A stretch of 34,173 nt of DNA from a virus (lineage: Duplodnaviria; Caudoviricetes): the IMG/VR virus record IMGVR_UViG_3300011338_000730, positions 1 to 34,173 of that record. One strand, given 5' to 3'. The notes under the pieces were generated by a model. That model was not told the origin of the DNA, searched no databases, and worked only from the letters and a program-made list of their open reading frames with translations. The translations under genes and the position numbers were made by a program. Positions 1 through 9,897 of the stretch are shown piece by piece (position 1 is the stretch's first letter; every line of letters begins with the position of its first letter).

Positions 1-300
1 AAAGGAATCACTAGAACTAGGCAGAGTAAACAAGCTAGAATTCAAGGGCTTGTTCCTATGTTTGAATGGGGAAGAATGTTTCTTAATGACAATTGCCAAG
101 ATCTTTGTGAAGAATTATTAACATTCCCAAGGGGTAGTTTTGACGATTTAGGAGATTCTTGCGCGTCGCTTCTAGAAATAGTGTCACCTCCTCAACCGGA
201 GTCAAAAGAGATTCGTCAACCAAGTTCTGCGCACGATAAAGACTATGAGCGTTGGGTAATTCAACAAATGGTAAAACGTCAACAACAAGGAGACGACTAA
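1..300 (+). CDS. terL: Terminase large subunit, C-terminal nuclease domain (5'-truncated by window edge)
   Basis: Frame is open from base 1 (KGITRTRQSKQARIQGLVPMFEWG...). It has K..RI..L.P.FE.G and EELLTFPRGSFDDLGDS, the usual end of the terminase RNase H-like domain, and lies just upstream of the portal. Confidence 0.85.
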   Translation, partial: KGITRTRQSKQARIQGLVPMFEWGRMFLNDNCQDLCEELLTFPRGSFDDLGDSCASLLEIVSPPQPESKEIRQPSSAHDKDYERWVIQQMVKRQQQGDD

Positions 301-301
301 A

Positions 302-604
302 ATGGCAAAAGCCGAAGCAAAACCACAATTAGAAGCTGTAAATAAAGAAGAACGCGAAACCACGATGATGTTTATGCAAAAGATTGATGATGCATTAATT
401 AATGGTGATGATTGGGTAGAAACATCCCCTGAGATTGTTGCACATTACAATCGTAAGGGAATGGGTGCTCTTCCTTACTTCATTTACCGAGGTGTTAAAG
501 TTTGTGAGTACGGCAAAGCGGTATCTATTCAAAACGCATTAGACGCTGATTTAAATAGACTCATGCATGGAGCAAAAGAGGCGATGTTTGAGGGTAGAAA
601 ATGA
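302..604 (+). CDS. Hypothetical protein
   Basis: 100-aa ORF with GGAG RBS, in late operon. Confidence 0.7.
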   Translation: MAKAEAKPQLEAVNKEERETTMMFMQKIDDALINGDDWVETSPEIVAHYNRKGMGALPYFIYRGVKVCEYGKAVSIQNALDADLNRLMHGAKEAMFEGRK

Positions 605-840
605 CCGAGCTTGCACTCATTACTTTGTTGATTGTTTTTGTAGCAAGAGAAGTACTATTTCAAATTACTACACAAAGATTAATCAATAAAATCATGTCTA
701 GAAACTTCACAGAATACTCTCATGCAGTAGACCATTTAGAGATGACTAAGGTAGGATTAGCTAAAGAGAATCAACTAGATAAAGAGTTCGACGAAGAACT
801 CCAAAAGCAAGCTGATGTATTAAACGGATTAATTAGGTAG
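601..840 (+). CDS. Small protein with N-terminal transmembrane helix
   Basis: ATGA overlap with upstream gene; hydrophobic N-terminus LALITLLIVFVA. Confidence 0.7.
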   Translation: MTELALITLLIVFVAREVLFQITTQRLINKIMSRNFTEYSHAVDHLEMTKVGLAKENQLDKEFDEELQKQADVLNGLIR

Positions 841-848
841 GGTGACCC

Positions 849-2807
849 ATGGAAGGTTTTGAGACTAAAGAAGCGGCAGACGCTACAATGAAAGAGATCG
901 ACGAAGAGAAAATTTGTGGTCATGTTCGTTCTTTAGTTGAGGAACGTAGATCTCAAGCTTCTCGTATTGCTCATGAAGCAATTTGGATGACTAACATTGC
1001 AAGCATATTAGGGTTTAATGGCTTAACTTATAACTCTACAATGCGGCAATTCCAGCCTGTTAATCGTGTAAATTCTCGTTCATCATCATTACCAATTAAA
1101 GTTAATAAAATATTGCCTACGCTACAAAATAGACAGGCAAAGCTTTGTAAAAATCCACCACGTTATGACGTAAGGCCTGAGAGTAACGATACCGAAGATA
1201 AAGAAGCAGCAAGATTAGGTTTAGAAATACTTAAATGGGTGTGGGATAAGCAATCTATTGATGAGAAGCGTCTAGGTCTCATGATGTGGGTTCAACAATG
1301 CGGTCATGCCTACATGAAAGTATCTTGGGACCCATCACTCGGTAATGAAATGATTAATCCTGAGACTCAAGAGCTAGACTATGAGGGGGATGTAAAAGTT
1401 GATGTTGTATCAGCGTTTGAAATATTTCCTGACCCATTAGCTAAAACATTAGAAGATGCATCAGACATTATTCAAGCGACAGTTAGAAAACTTGATTACT
1501 TCAAGCTACGTTTTGGTGAAAAAGGTGCAAAAGTAAAACAAGAAGATGCTTGGTTATTGTCGCTTCAGTATGAGGATAGAATTAAATCTATTAATCAACG
1601 TGGGCCAAGTAATAGCGGTATGGCACAATCAATGAAGAATTGTGCAATTGAACTAGTTAAGTATGAGAGACGATCAAAAGATTATCCAAACGGTCGGATG
1701 ATTATTTGTGCTAATGGCGTGTTGCTTGAAGATAAGCCTTTGCCAGTAGGTGAGATTCCTTTCGCTAAGTTTGACGATATTATGATTGGTGGGAAGTATT
1801 ACTCTGAAGCAGTAACTACTCATATTAGACCGATACAAGATCAATACGATGAGACTATCCGTAAGCGCAGCACTTGGACGAATAGACTGTTATCAGGAAA
1901 GATGATTGCAGCGAGAGGTTCAGGCCTTGCTCAAGAATCTTTAAACGATCAGTCCGGTGAAGTAGTTTATTACGATGTAGTACCTAACGCGCCAAATGGT
2001 GGGGCACCTACTCCTTTACCGATGCCGAACATTCCTCAATATGCATACAACGAGGAAGAGCGCTTAGACTCAATGATTAATTATATTTCAGGCATTTCTG
2101 AAGTATCCAGAGGCACTATTCCTAGCGCATCTATTCCTGCTCTTGGTATGCAGATATTAGTTGAGCAAGATGATTCTCGTATTGGTGTTATGGTTGAGCA
2201 GCATGAGAGATCATATGCCCGTGTTGGTAGTTTAATACTTAAGTATGTAGAGAAGTATTACACAATGCCTAGAAAGCTTAAAATTGCTGGCAAGAATCAA
2301 AGTTACTTAGTCAAAGAAGTAACAGGGGAGATGATTAAAGGGAATCATGATGTAATTGTGATTCGTGGATCAACGTTACCAGGTTCTAAAGTATTAAGAC
2401 GACAAGAGATATTAAACGCATTTCAGCAAGGTTTACTTGGAGATCCAGCCGACCCTAAAGTCCGTGAACAAGTATTAAACTATCTTGAGTTTGGCGAAGT
2501 CGGTCAAATGTGGAAAGATCAATCTCTTGACGAATTCCAATTTATGCTTGGACTTAAGAAGATTGAAGCGGGTGAATTACCTCAGGTACACAAACTTGAT
2601 AACCATGCATTTTGGATAAGAGAACTTAATCGTTACCGAAAAGAAAAGACCGACGATTTAAGTCCGACACAAGCAGCATTAATACAAGCGGTAATAGATG
2701 AGCATCTACAATTCGAATTAGAGCTAAGTAATGCTATGGCAGAGCCTCCTTTGGCGCCACCTCCACCATTACCGCCTAAGCCTGAGATCACGTTACCAAT
2801 GGGATAA
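849..2807 (+). CDS. Portal protein (P22-like head-tail connector)
   Basis: 652 aa after terminase; motifs NKILP, PRYDVRP..DKEAA, VVSAFEIFPDPLA, ISGISEVSRG; Pro-rich tail. Confidence 0.9.
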   Translation: MEGFETKEAADATMKEIDEEKICGHVRSLVEERRSQASRIAHEAIWMTNIASILGFNGLTYNSTMRQFQPVNRVNSRSSSLPIKVNKILPTLQNRQAKLCKNPPRYDVRPESNDTEDKEAARLGLEILKWVWDKQSIDEKRLGLMMWVQQCGHAYMKVSWDPSLGNEMINPETQELDYEGDVKVDVVSAFEIFPDPLAKTLEDASDIIQATVRKLDYFKLRFGEKGAKVKQEDAWLLSLQYEDRIKSINQRGPSNSGMAQSMKNCAIELVKYERRSKDYPNGRMIICANGVLLEDKPLPVGEIPFAKFDDIMIGGKYYSEAVTTHIRPIQDQYDETIRKRSTWTNRLLSGKMIAARGSGLAQESLNDQSGEVVYYDVVPNAPNGGAPTPLPMPNIPQYAYNEEERLDSMINYISGISEVSRGTIPSASIPALGMQILVEQDDSRIGVMVEQHERSYARVGSLILKYVEKYYTMPRKLKIAGKNQSYLVKEVTGEMIKGNHDVIVIRGSTLPGSKVLRRQEILNAFQQGLLGDPADPKVREQVLNYLEFGEVGQMWKDQSLDEFQFMLGLKKIEAGELPQVHKLDNHAFWIRELNRYRKEKTDDLSPTQAALIQAVIDEHLQFELELSNAMAEPPLAPPPPLPPKPEITLPMG

Positions 2808-2820
2808 TGAAAGGGATATT

Positions 2821-3156
2821 ATGGAAGATAAAAAAGAGATGTTACTAAAGTTACTTGCTGCAAGAAAACCAAAGATTGAAATTGAAACAGATGAGATCAA
2901 GGAAGCTCCAGAAGCAGATGAGACAGATGAAACAAAAACCGATTTAGCCCCTGAGGGTAAGGTTATTTCTACAGAAAAAGAAGACCTTGAAGTACTACCT
3001 AAGGGTGAAATGGTTGAGCATGAAGATGAGGCGGAAGATATGGACCTTATCGCTGAAATGCTTGGTGGCATGGATAAGGAACAACTAGGTAAAGAGCCGA
3101 AAGGATTACGGGAAAGAGCTATTTTTGAAGCTTTGAAACGTAAAAAACAAACCTAA
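2821..3156 (+). CDS. Acidic hypothetical protein (head assembly region)
   Basis: Start moved to ATG 2821 (AAGGGA RBS); Glu/Asp-rich; between portal and scaffold. Confidence 0.7.
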   Translation: MEDKKEMLLKLLAARKPKIEIETDEIKEAPEADETDETKTDLAPEGKVISTEKEDLEVLPKGEMVEHEDEAEDMDLIAEMLGGMDKEQLGKEPKGLRERAIFEALKRKKQT

Positions 3157-3171
3157 TCACATAGGAAAAGT

Positions 3172-4062
3172 ATGACCATTGACGAAACAACAAATGACGC
3201 GCAAGATTTAGAGAGTACAGAAGTAGAGGCTACACCGGAACAGGTTGTTCCTGAAGCTAGGACGATAGCGGAAGCAACTAGTAGAGCAAGCAATGAAATG
3301 CAGGCAATACTAGACTTAAGCACAGCCCAAAAGGTGAAGCTAGACGGAAAAGAATACTCCATATCTGACATGAAAGAGTGGCAGAAAAATGGACTTCGAC
3401 AATCCGATTATACAAGAAAGACGCAGGAATTAGCAGCGGAGCGAAAGAAACTTTCTGAAGAGTACGAGCCTTATAAAAAGTACTCAGGAGAGAATTTGCT
3501 AGCTGATTTAATGAAAATCAAAAGTAATCCTGAGTTAATCCCTCAGTTTAAAGAGATTTACGGAGATAAGTATGCCCCAGCTTTAGATTTATTGGGTTTA
3601 ACTAATCAAGAGAAACGAGAACTAAAACAAGAAATGCAATCGAGTGGATTAGATCCACAAACGAGAGCTGAACTTGATGAGGTTTTAAGTCTAGGACGGA
3701 CACTCAAAGAAAGAGAAAGCCAAGCGATGGCTGCGGAGCTAGATGCTAGGTTCTCTGAAATGAGCAAAAAGTATCCCCACGTTGATGAAGAAATGGCGAT
3801 GACTCGCCTAGAATCTTTAGCAGCGAAAAAGGGAACTCTTGAGCCACAGGATTATGAAGCAGTTTATAGTCAGATGAACAAACGGATGACTGAAATTGCT
3901 GATTCGATTTATAAATCAAAGGTTACTGCGCAAAAGAATAGAAATGCTGAGGGAGCAGATGTTCGATCAGGTGGTGGGATTCCGGGCAATGCACCGAAAC
4001 AACCCCGTACTATCAAAGAAGCGCAAGATTTAGCTCTTCAAGCAATAATGAACCAACAATAA
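3172..4062 (+). CDS. Capsid scaffolding protein
   Basis: Acidic, helical; VKLDGKEY and GLRQSDYTRKTQELA motif typical of scaffolds; immediately upstream of the major capsid gene. Confidence 0.85.
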   Translation: MTIDETTNDAQDLESTEVEATPEQVVPEARTIAEATSRASNEMQAILDLSTAQKVKLDGKEYSISDMKEWQKNGLRQSDYTRKTQELAAERKKLSEEYEPYKKYSGENLLADLMKIKSNPELIPQFKEIYGDKYAPALDLLGLTNQEKRELKQEMQSSGLDPQTRAELDEVLSLGRTLKERESQAMAAELDARFSEMSKKYPHVDEEMAMTRLESLAAKKGTLEPQDYEAVYSQMNKRMTEIADSIYKSKVTAQKNRNAEGADVRSGGGIPGNAPKQPRTIKEAQDLALQAIMNQQ

Positions 4063-4079
4063 TTTAAAAAGGAATTTTT

Positions 4080-5300
4080 ATGGCTAATACATTTGCAAGT
4101 ATTAGTAATGCTTTAGGTATTCTAAAGAATTACTATGCAGGACCGATTGTTTCTCAGTTTAACGATGATATGCCGCTTTATAAGCATATCGAAAATGGTA
4201 AAGAAAAGTATAACGGTTTACAAGTTAACCGACCATTAAAAGTACGACGTAACCCTGGTATTGGAGCAACTTCTGACGGTGGTCAATTGCCTGTAATCGG
4301 TAAACAAACTACTTTACAAGCTGTTATCAATGCTAAATTCAACTATCTACGTTTCGGCGTAACTGGTCCGATGATTAAAGCATCACAAGGCGACAAGGGA
4401 AGTTTCGTAAACATTATGTCATACGAAATGGAACAAGGCCTTATCGATCTTAAAAAAGATGTGAACAGACAATTGTTTTGGAATGGTAACGGAGCTTTGG
4501 CTACTGTTTCCGCTAATGCTATTGCATCCAATGTTATCACAGTAACAGGCCGTGAATCCACTGAAGCAGGGAATAAGTTCCTTGATATTGGAATGGTAAT
4601 CGACGTTGTTAACACTTCTGGAACTGTAGTTGCTTCTGCCGTAGAAATTACAGCGCTTTCAGGCTCTACAACTGCAACTTTGACACTTTCCGCTGCTGTT
4701 ACAGTATCGGCAACTGACATTGTTGTTCGTTCTGGTGCTTATAACCAAGAAATTCAAGGGTTGTTAACTGCACAGGACGGGTTGACTACTTCTATTTTCG
4801 GTGTTGATCGAGCAACTTACCCTGTTTATCAAGGTAACTTACTTAACAATTCTGGAAACCAAATGACTTTGGATTTCTTGCAACAAATGTACAACGAAGC
4901 TACAAGACGAGGCGGAGCTAAAATCGATGCTATTTTCTCTGACTTTGATAGTGAACGTTATTACAACAAACTTTTGGTTGCTGATAAACGATTCGTAAAC
5001 ACTGTTGGCGGTAAAGTTAAAGGTGATGGCACTTTCTCTGATAAAGATAAATCTTATTTAGAGTTTGCTGGTGTTGCTTGGGTACCTGATCCAGATGCTC
5101 CGACAAGAACATTCATGATCGATTCTAAAACTTTCAAGAAGTACGTTTTAGCTGAACTTGAGTGGGCAGATGAAACAGGCAGTTATATGATTGCCCAAAC
5201 TTCAGCAGATGCATTCGAAGCACGTCTTCGTTTGTTTGCTAACTTATTCCCTGAGAAACCTTCTGCTTGCGCAGTAGGACGTAACTATATTTCTCCATAG
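4080..5300 (+). CDS. Major capsid protein (HK97 fold)
   Basis: 406 aa, AAGGA RBS; LKNYY.GPI..Q.N, D.NRQLF..G.G, GVDRATYP motifs; follows scaffold. Confidence 0.9.
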   Translation: MANTFASISNALGILKNYYAGPIVSQFNDDMPLYKHIENGKEKYNGLQVNRPLKVRRNPGIGATSDGGQLPVIGKQTTLQAVINAKFNYLRFGVTGPMIKASQGDKGSFVNIMSYEMEQGLIDLKKDVNRQLFWNGNGALATVSANAIASNVITVTGRESTEAGNKFLDIGMVIDVVNTSGTVVASAVEITALSGSTTATLTLSAAVTVSATDIVVRSGAYNQEIQGLLTAQDGLTTSIFGVDRATYPVYQGNLLNNSGNQMTLDFLQQMYNEATRRGGAKIDAIFSDFDSERYYNKLLVADKRFVNTVGGKVKGDGTFSDKDKSYLEFAGVAWVPDPDAPTRTFMIDSKTFKKYVLAELEWADETGSYMIAQTSADAFEARLRLFANLFPEKPSACAVGRNYISP

Positions 5301-5321
5301 TTTTTAAACAAGGTTGAGGCA

Positions 5322-5741
5322 ATGGATACATACGTTAAAAGACTTACTCAGGAAGTAAAATCGTACTCAAAAGACTTGTATGCGGATAGAAGTCCGAACG
5401 GAAGCGTTCAGATATATAGACGAGCGAGCAGGTATGAGAGTTACGAGTTTGATGGTAAGGTTTTGACAGTAAGTTTACCGTTACCTCAACTTGTTTTACA
5501 CTTAACGGATAACTGGCTACCGAGTGGGAAACCTGTAGAATGGGGAATTGAGCCTTTGTGTTCAAAGATACGTTCAATGGATTCTCATAGAGATGACAGT
5601 TATTTTGAGAAAATGGTTAAACAAAGAGAAGAGATCGATTCAATCAATAAACAATCAAGAACAAATGAATTTAAAGCTATTGCAATGGATATGAGGAAAG
5701 ACTTTGCGAAAGCTACGAATGACATTGTTGTTCAAAAATAA
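5322..5741 (+). CDS. Hypothetical protein
   Basis: 139-aa ORF with GAGG RBS after the capsid gene. Confidence 0.7.
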   Translation: MDTYVKRLTQEVKSYSKDLYADRSPNGSVQIYRRASRYESYEFDGKVLTVSLPLPQLVLHLTDNWLPSGKPVEWGIEPLCSKIRSMDSHRDDSYFEKMVKQREEIDSINKQSRTNEFKAIAMDMRKDFAKATNDIVVQK

Positions 5742-5753
5742 AGGAATATAAAA

Positions 5754-6191
5754 ATGGCAATAGTAAATAGAGACGTTCATGCTAGCGAACAAAAAGAAGT
5801 GTTATACTTTGTATCTCAAGGAGCAATTGCAACAGGTACAACTAAGGTATGTCATGTTATCCCATACCCATGTACTTTGGAAGGCATTAAAGGGTATGCC
5901 CTTGGTGTATCCAATGCAATGCAAGTTGCGTTTCAAGTATCTCGTTTCGCAGGTGGAGCAACCGCAATCGGACTTGGTATTTCCAATTTAATTCTTGTTA
6001 ACGCAGGAACATCAGGACCTTTGGGATATTCTGGACTTGCAGTACCAGGTTCTACACTACTTAGCTTACAAGCTGGCGACGTGTTACAATTTGTAACTTC
6101 AGTAGCCAACGGTAACGCAACTGACCTTTCTTTGAATTTTATTATTAAAAAGACTCAAGATATTGTCAGCTATAACGGCGTTGTAGCATAA
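5754..6191 (+). CDS. Putative capsid decoration / virion surface protein
   Basis: AAGGA RBS; beta-rich, Gly/Ala/Ser/Thr-rich; upstream of the terminator that ends the capsid block. Confidence 0.6.
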   Translation: MAIVNRDVHASEQKEVLYFVSQGAIATGTTKVCHVIPYPCTLEGIKGYALGVSNAMQVAFQVSRFAGGATAIGLGISNLILVNAGTSGPLGYSGLAVPGSTLLSLQAGDVLQFVTSVANGNATDLSLNFIIKKTQDIVSYNGVVA

Positions 6192-6248
6192 TTAAGGCGG
6201 CGGTCATTAAGACGTTTTTTCCTTGGTTATATTCAAATGTGAACGGGT

Positions 6249-6276
6249 GGGGGGAGAGTGGTTCTCCCCTCATTTT
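6249..6276 (+). terminator. Intrinsic terminator after capsid/decoration genes
   Basis: GGGGAGA-gtggt-TCTCCCC hairpin followed by tcatttt. Confidence 0.7.
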
Positions 6277-6290
6277 AAAAAGGATTTTAA

Positions 6291-6752
6291 ATGTTATTTT
6301 TCAATCAATCATCGCTTATTCCAGGTAATTTTTCTTTGAAATTAGAGGGTGGCAATGGTCATGGCGTAGTTAATACAAACATTAGACGTTATTCTAGCGT
6401 TGTAGGTAGTGATACCCTAAGTGCTTATGCTACCTATGCGGATAATGCGAATGATGGAATGAGCGTTACAATTCTTCAATCTGGTTGGTATATTATTTAT
6501 GTTGGAGACTTCAATTCGACCACCGATGCGGCGTACGGCATTTCACTTAATTCGAATCAATTAACGACAAGTATTAATTCAATTACAAATACAACTAGAA
6601 TGTGTGTTACCGATAACCCGAACGGGAATATTTGTTCTTCAACTGGAACTTTTAGATATTTTGTTGTTAACGATGTAATAAGAACGCACACAAACGGCAA
6701 TACAAACGGAATGGGTATTAAAGTTTGGTTTTACATGGCGAAGGTAGCGTAA
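6291..6752 (+). CDS. Putative fibre/receptor-binding beta-sandwich protein (C1q/TNF-like)
   Basis: GNGHG..NTNIRRY, SVTILQSGWYIIY, NDVIR and terminal FYMAKVA resemble C1q-like fibre tip domains. Confidence 0.5.
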   Translation: MLFFNQSSLIPGNFSLKLEGGNGHGVVNTNIRRYSSVVGSDTLSAYATYADNANDGMSVTILQSGWYIIYVGDFNSTTDAAYGISLNSNQLTTSINSITNTTRMCVTDNPNGNICSSTGTFRYFVVNDVIRTHTNGNTNGMGIKVWFYMAKVA

Positions 6753-6753
6753 G

Positions 6754-7395
6754 ATGAAAACATATTGGTTAAAATTTGGTCCTACTTCTGCAGCAGATTA
6801 CACGGGATTATTTCCGACACTTACAATTTTTAATAGTTTAGGTATTACAGCTTTGGCAGCCCCAGGGATAACAGAGATTCCGGCAGCGAGTGGGCTTTAT
6901 AGATTTCAATATAACCCGACAACTTCAATAGTGTTTCAATGTGACGGAGGAGCAACACTTGCTAGTGCATTAAGGTATATTGTAGGCTCATTAGATCCAA
7001 ACGATACAAACGACGAATCAATTACAGCATTAGGAACAAGTTTAGTAGCTTTGTCGACGACACAAATAGCAATGGGTGCGACTGTAGTATTTATTTCCCA
7101 AAGTGTTGGTGGGGTAGGTAGTACTACAATAGCAAATGGTAATACATTGGTTGCGATTGGTAATACAGTAATGGCATTAAATGGAATGCTAGGAACTACA
7201 GCGTCAAGCTTTGGAAGTACTGGAGCAGATCCGGAGACAATATTCGGAAGTGTTAAGAGATTGCAGGAGATACTAGAGGGTAATGCGACATACGATAAGT
7301 CCAACGGCACTTGGGATATCTATTCTCGTGGTTCTAGTACTTTACTTAGAAGCAAAACACTTACTGACGGTCAGACAAGCACTACAAAGCTTTAA
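6754..7395 (+). CDS. Ser/Thr/Gly-rich virion structural protein
   Basis: 213 aa, many G-x-S/T triplets, heptad-like middle segment, in structural operon. Confidence 0.6.
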   Translation: MKTYWLKFGPTSAADYTGLFPTLTIFNSLGITALAAPGITEIPAASGLYRFQYNPTTSIVFQCDGGATLASALRYIVGSLDPNDTNDESITALGTSLVALSTTQIAMGATVVFISQSVGGVGSTTIANGNTLVAIGNTVMALNGMLGTTASSFGSTGADPETIFGSVKRLQEILEGNATYDKSNGTWDIYSRGSSTLLRSKTLTDGQTSTTKL

Positions 7396-7440
7396 AATAA
7401 TCTTTACTTTGTTTAGATAAATTAAGAAATTAGGTCTCAC

Positions 7441-9627
7441 ATGAGAAAAAGACCTACTATTTCACTTTGTTTAATTGCTAAGAATGAGATCCATAACATT
7501 AAGCCCTTGTTTGATTCTATTGAAGGGTGTTTTGACGAGATTATCTTTGTTGATACTGGATCGAATGACGGGACACCTGATTTTGCAAAAGCTTTAGGTG
7601 CTAAGGTATATCATTTTGATTGGGTAAATGATTTCTCAAAAGCTCGTCAATTCGCATTCGATCAAGCTACTTGTGACTATATGTTTTGGTGCGACCTTGA
7701 TGATTCACTAAGTCATAAAGATGAGTTTATCAAGTGGCGCGATAATGTGATGAGTTTGGGTGATTATTGGATAGCAAACTATCATTACGCATACGACTTT
7801 GAGAAGGATATGCCGTTATGTACCTTTCCAAGAGAACGAGTAATCAAAAATGATAAGAGTAAATTTAAATGGAAGTACTTTGTACATGAAGGATTAATGC
7901 CGATTGATGGGCATGAGATTAGTCCACAATTTATTTCCACGTGGAACATTGTTCATCGTAGATCCCCAAAAGACTTTGAAGCTGATAGAAGTAGGAATCT
8001 AAATCTATTTGATGTTAACCAAGATAAACTTGATTCAAGAATGATGTTTTATTGGGGCAAGGAATTATATGAGAATGGAAAGATTAAAGAATGCATTCCC
8101 AAGCTTGCCCAGGCGTTTGAGCAATTAGATTTAGCGATTCATGATAGAGTGCTTTGCATTCAATATTTATGTTATGCATATTTAAAAGAAGGTGATTTTA
8201 ATAGAGCGTTTCAACTAGCTCAAGTGGGTATTAATCTTGATGCTAATAGAGCTGAGTTTCATATTGCCATGGGTGATGCTAAAATAGGAATGAAAGACTA
8301 TATTAATGCAATTCCATTCATGCACGCGGCAATGCACTGTAAAAAGAATGCTAATGTCGGTAGTCAGTTTGTATTTTCAAACATTGATGCTTACGGAACA
8401 TATCCGATTATTAATTTAGTGAAGCTTTACTTTCATACGAATCAACACGAAGAGGCTTATCGTTTTGCGATGACGTATAAACATCTTCTCGCTGATAATG
8501 AGGAGTTTAATAACATATTTAAGGAACTTGAGAGAATTCGTGAGTTAACAACCTTTGATTGGAAAGATGCAAAATATTGCGACGATATTATCATTTCATG
8601 TTTCCATAATGCCTATGAGTGGGATGGGAATATCTACCGTAACCAAGGTATAGGAGGTTCAGAGACGGCAGAGATTGAGCTTGCGGAATGGATGGCTAAG
8701 TTGACTAGCCGTAAAGTAATAATCTTTAATAGCGTACCTACTGAGCGGCACATTAATGGCGTAATCTATCGACCTATTGAGCTGATTAATCGATATGTGA
8801 AAGAGAATAAGCCTTGGCTTCATATCGCTTGGAGACATAACCAAAAGATTACCGATGCATTAACTATTGTTCATTCCCATGATTTACAAACTATAGGCAT
8901 TGAGAATTTATCTAACTTCGACAAGGTTGCAGTACTAACGCCATGGCATCGTGATTTTATGAATGCTACACAAGGTGTTCCTTTTGATAAGATGTTTTTA
9001 ACTAGAAATGGAATTGTACCCTCTCGTTTTGAAGCTAAAACAACAACAAAAGACCCATATTCGTTTGGGTTTTCAAGCTCGCCAGATAGGGGATTGGATC
9101 GAGCGATGTTAGTTTTAGATAAGGTGAGAGAGGTATACCCACAAATTACTCTTAAGGTGTTCTATGGAATTGAACATCTACCCAAGTATGGGCATCAAGC
9201 TTTGCATGATAAGCTTAAAGAAATGATGGCAGAGAGAAAAGAGTGGGTAACTTATTACGGGAAGACTGAACAAAAACAAATGATGAAACATTTTGAGAGC
9301 ATTTCATACGTTGTTCAACCGTCTAACTTTTTAGAAACTTTTGGCATCTCAGTACTTGAGCAAGTTTGTTCAGGTATTTACCCAATATTTAGACTTATTG
9401 GTGGGATAGCAGATACTCTGCAGCCTTTTGTTGATAAGGGTTTTGCATCTTTGGTTGATAGTGATTGTGTAACTGAGGAAGAATTTCAAAAATATATTGA
9501 TGAGGTTCTTTTAGTACTTAAAGAAAATAGAGCGGCAAACGTGAAAGTAGACCCTAGTCAATATTCATGGCAAAATGTTGCTAAAGAGTGGTTGGATGAG
9601 GTTAATAAACTAAAGGGGAATGCATGA
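7441..9627 (+). CDS. Glycosyltransferase: GT2 domain + TPR repeats + GT-B (GT4-like) domain
   Basis: N-term ISLCLIAKNE, VDTGSNDGT, DFSKARQ, DLDD, VHE (GT2); central TPR-like helices (FYWGKELY, RAEFH); C-term GIGGSET, SSPDRGL, ETFGISVLE (GT4-like). Confidence 0.92.
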   Translation: MRKRPTISLCLIAKNEIHNIKPLFDSIEGCFDEIIFVDTGSNDGTPDFAKALGAKVYHFDWVNDFSKARQFAFDQATCDYMFWCDLDDSLSHKDEFIKWRDNVMSLGDYWIANYHYAYDFEKDMPLCTFPRERVIKNDKSKFKWKYFVHEGLMPIDGHEISPQFISTWNIVHRRSPKDFEADRSRNLNLFDVNQDKLDSRMMFYWGKELYENGKIKECIPKLAQAFEQLDLAIHDRVLCIQYLCYAYLKEGDFNRAFQLAQVGINLDANRAEFHIAMGDAKIGMKDYINAIPFMHAAMHCKKNANVGSQFVFSNIDAYGTYPIINLVKLYFHTNQHEEAYRFAMTYKHLLADNEEFNNIFKELERIRELTTFDWKDAKYCDDIIISCFHNAYEWDGNIYRNQGIGGSETAEIELAEWMAKLTSRKVIIFNSVPTERHINGVIYRPIELINRYVKENKPWLHIAWRHNQKITDALTIVHSHDLQTIGIENLSNFDKVAVLTPWHRDFMNATQGVPFDKMFLTRNGIVPSRFEAKTTTKDPYSFGFSSSPDRGLDRAMLVLDKVREVYPQITLKVFYGIEHLPKYGHQALHDKLKEMMAERKEWVTYYGKTEQKQMMKHFESISYVVQPSNFLETFGISVLEQVCSGIYPIFRLIGGIADTLQPFVDKGFASLVDSDCVTEEEFQKYIDEVLLVLKENRAANVKVDPSQYSWQNVAKEWLDEVNKLKGNA

Positions 9628-9800
9628 TCAGTAAGTTTGATGTTGATTTATCAGGTTATGGCTTACTTACTTTTGGTTTAATGAATATCAATGAAGCGAT
9701 ATCAGGAGTTAATCTTGTCACGTTTGGTTTTGTTGATACAATAGAAACAACTTGGTACAATGCAGAGCCAAGCGTAACAACTACTTGGGGATATGTGTAA
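9624..9800 (+). CDS. Small hypothetical protein, 58 aa (not in ORF track)
   Basis: ATGA overlap with the GT stop, AAGGGG RBS; MISKFDVDLSGYGLLTFG...TTTWGYV. Confidence 0.6.
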   Translation: MISKFDVDLSGYGLLTFGLMNINEAISGVNLVTFGFVDTIETTWYNAEPSVTTTWGYV

Positions 9801-9849
9801 AGCCATTGGCAAAGTAGTATTTGCCTATTAGAATAATACAAAAAAGCAA

Positions 9850-9897
9850 AAGGCAACAATCGCAAGAACTGCCTTAAGATCGAAAGGTTTTGAGGTA
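9850..9897 (+). promoter_or_regulatory. RBS-sequestering hairpin with competing upstream stem
   Basis: CCTTAAGATC-GAAA-GGTTTTGAGG (9872-9895) covers the GAGG RBS; AAGGCA (9850-9855) can pair with TGCCTT (9870-9875) instead. Confidence 0.5.

Noticed and set aside
6291-6752. Host assignment (Bdellovibrionota-like impression from fibre motif and exported proteins)
   Set aside because: Only an impression; it cannot be supported without a database search.
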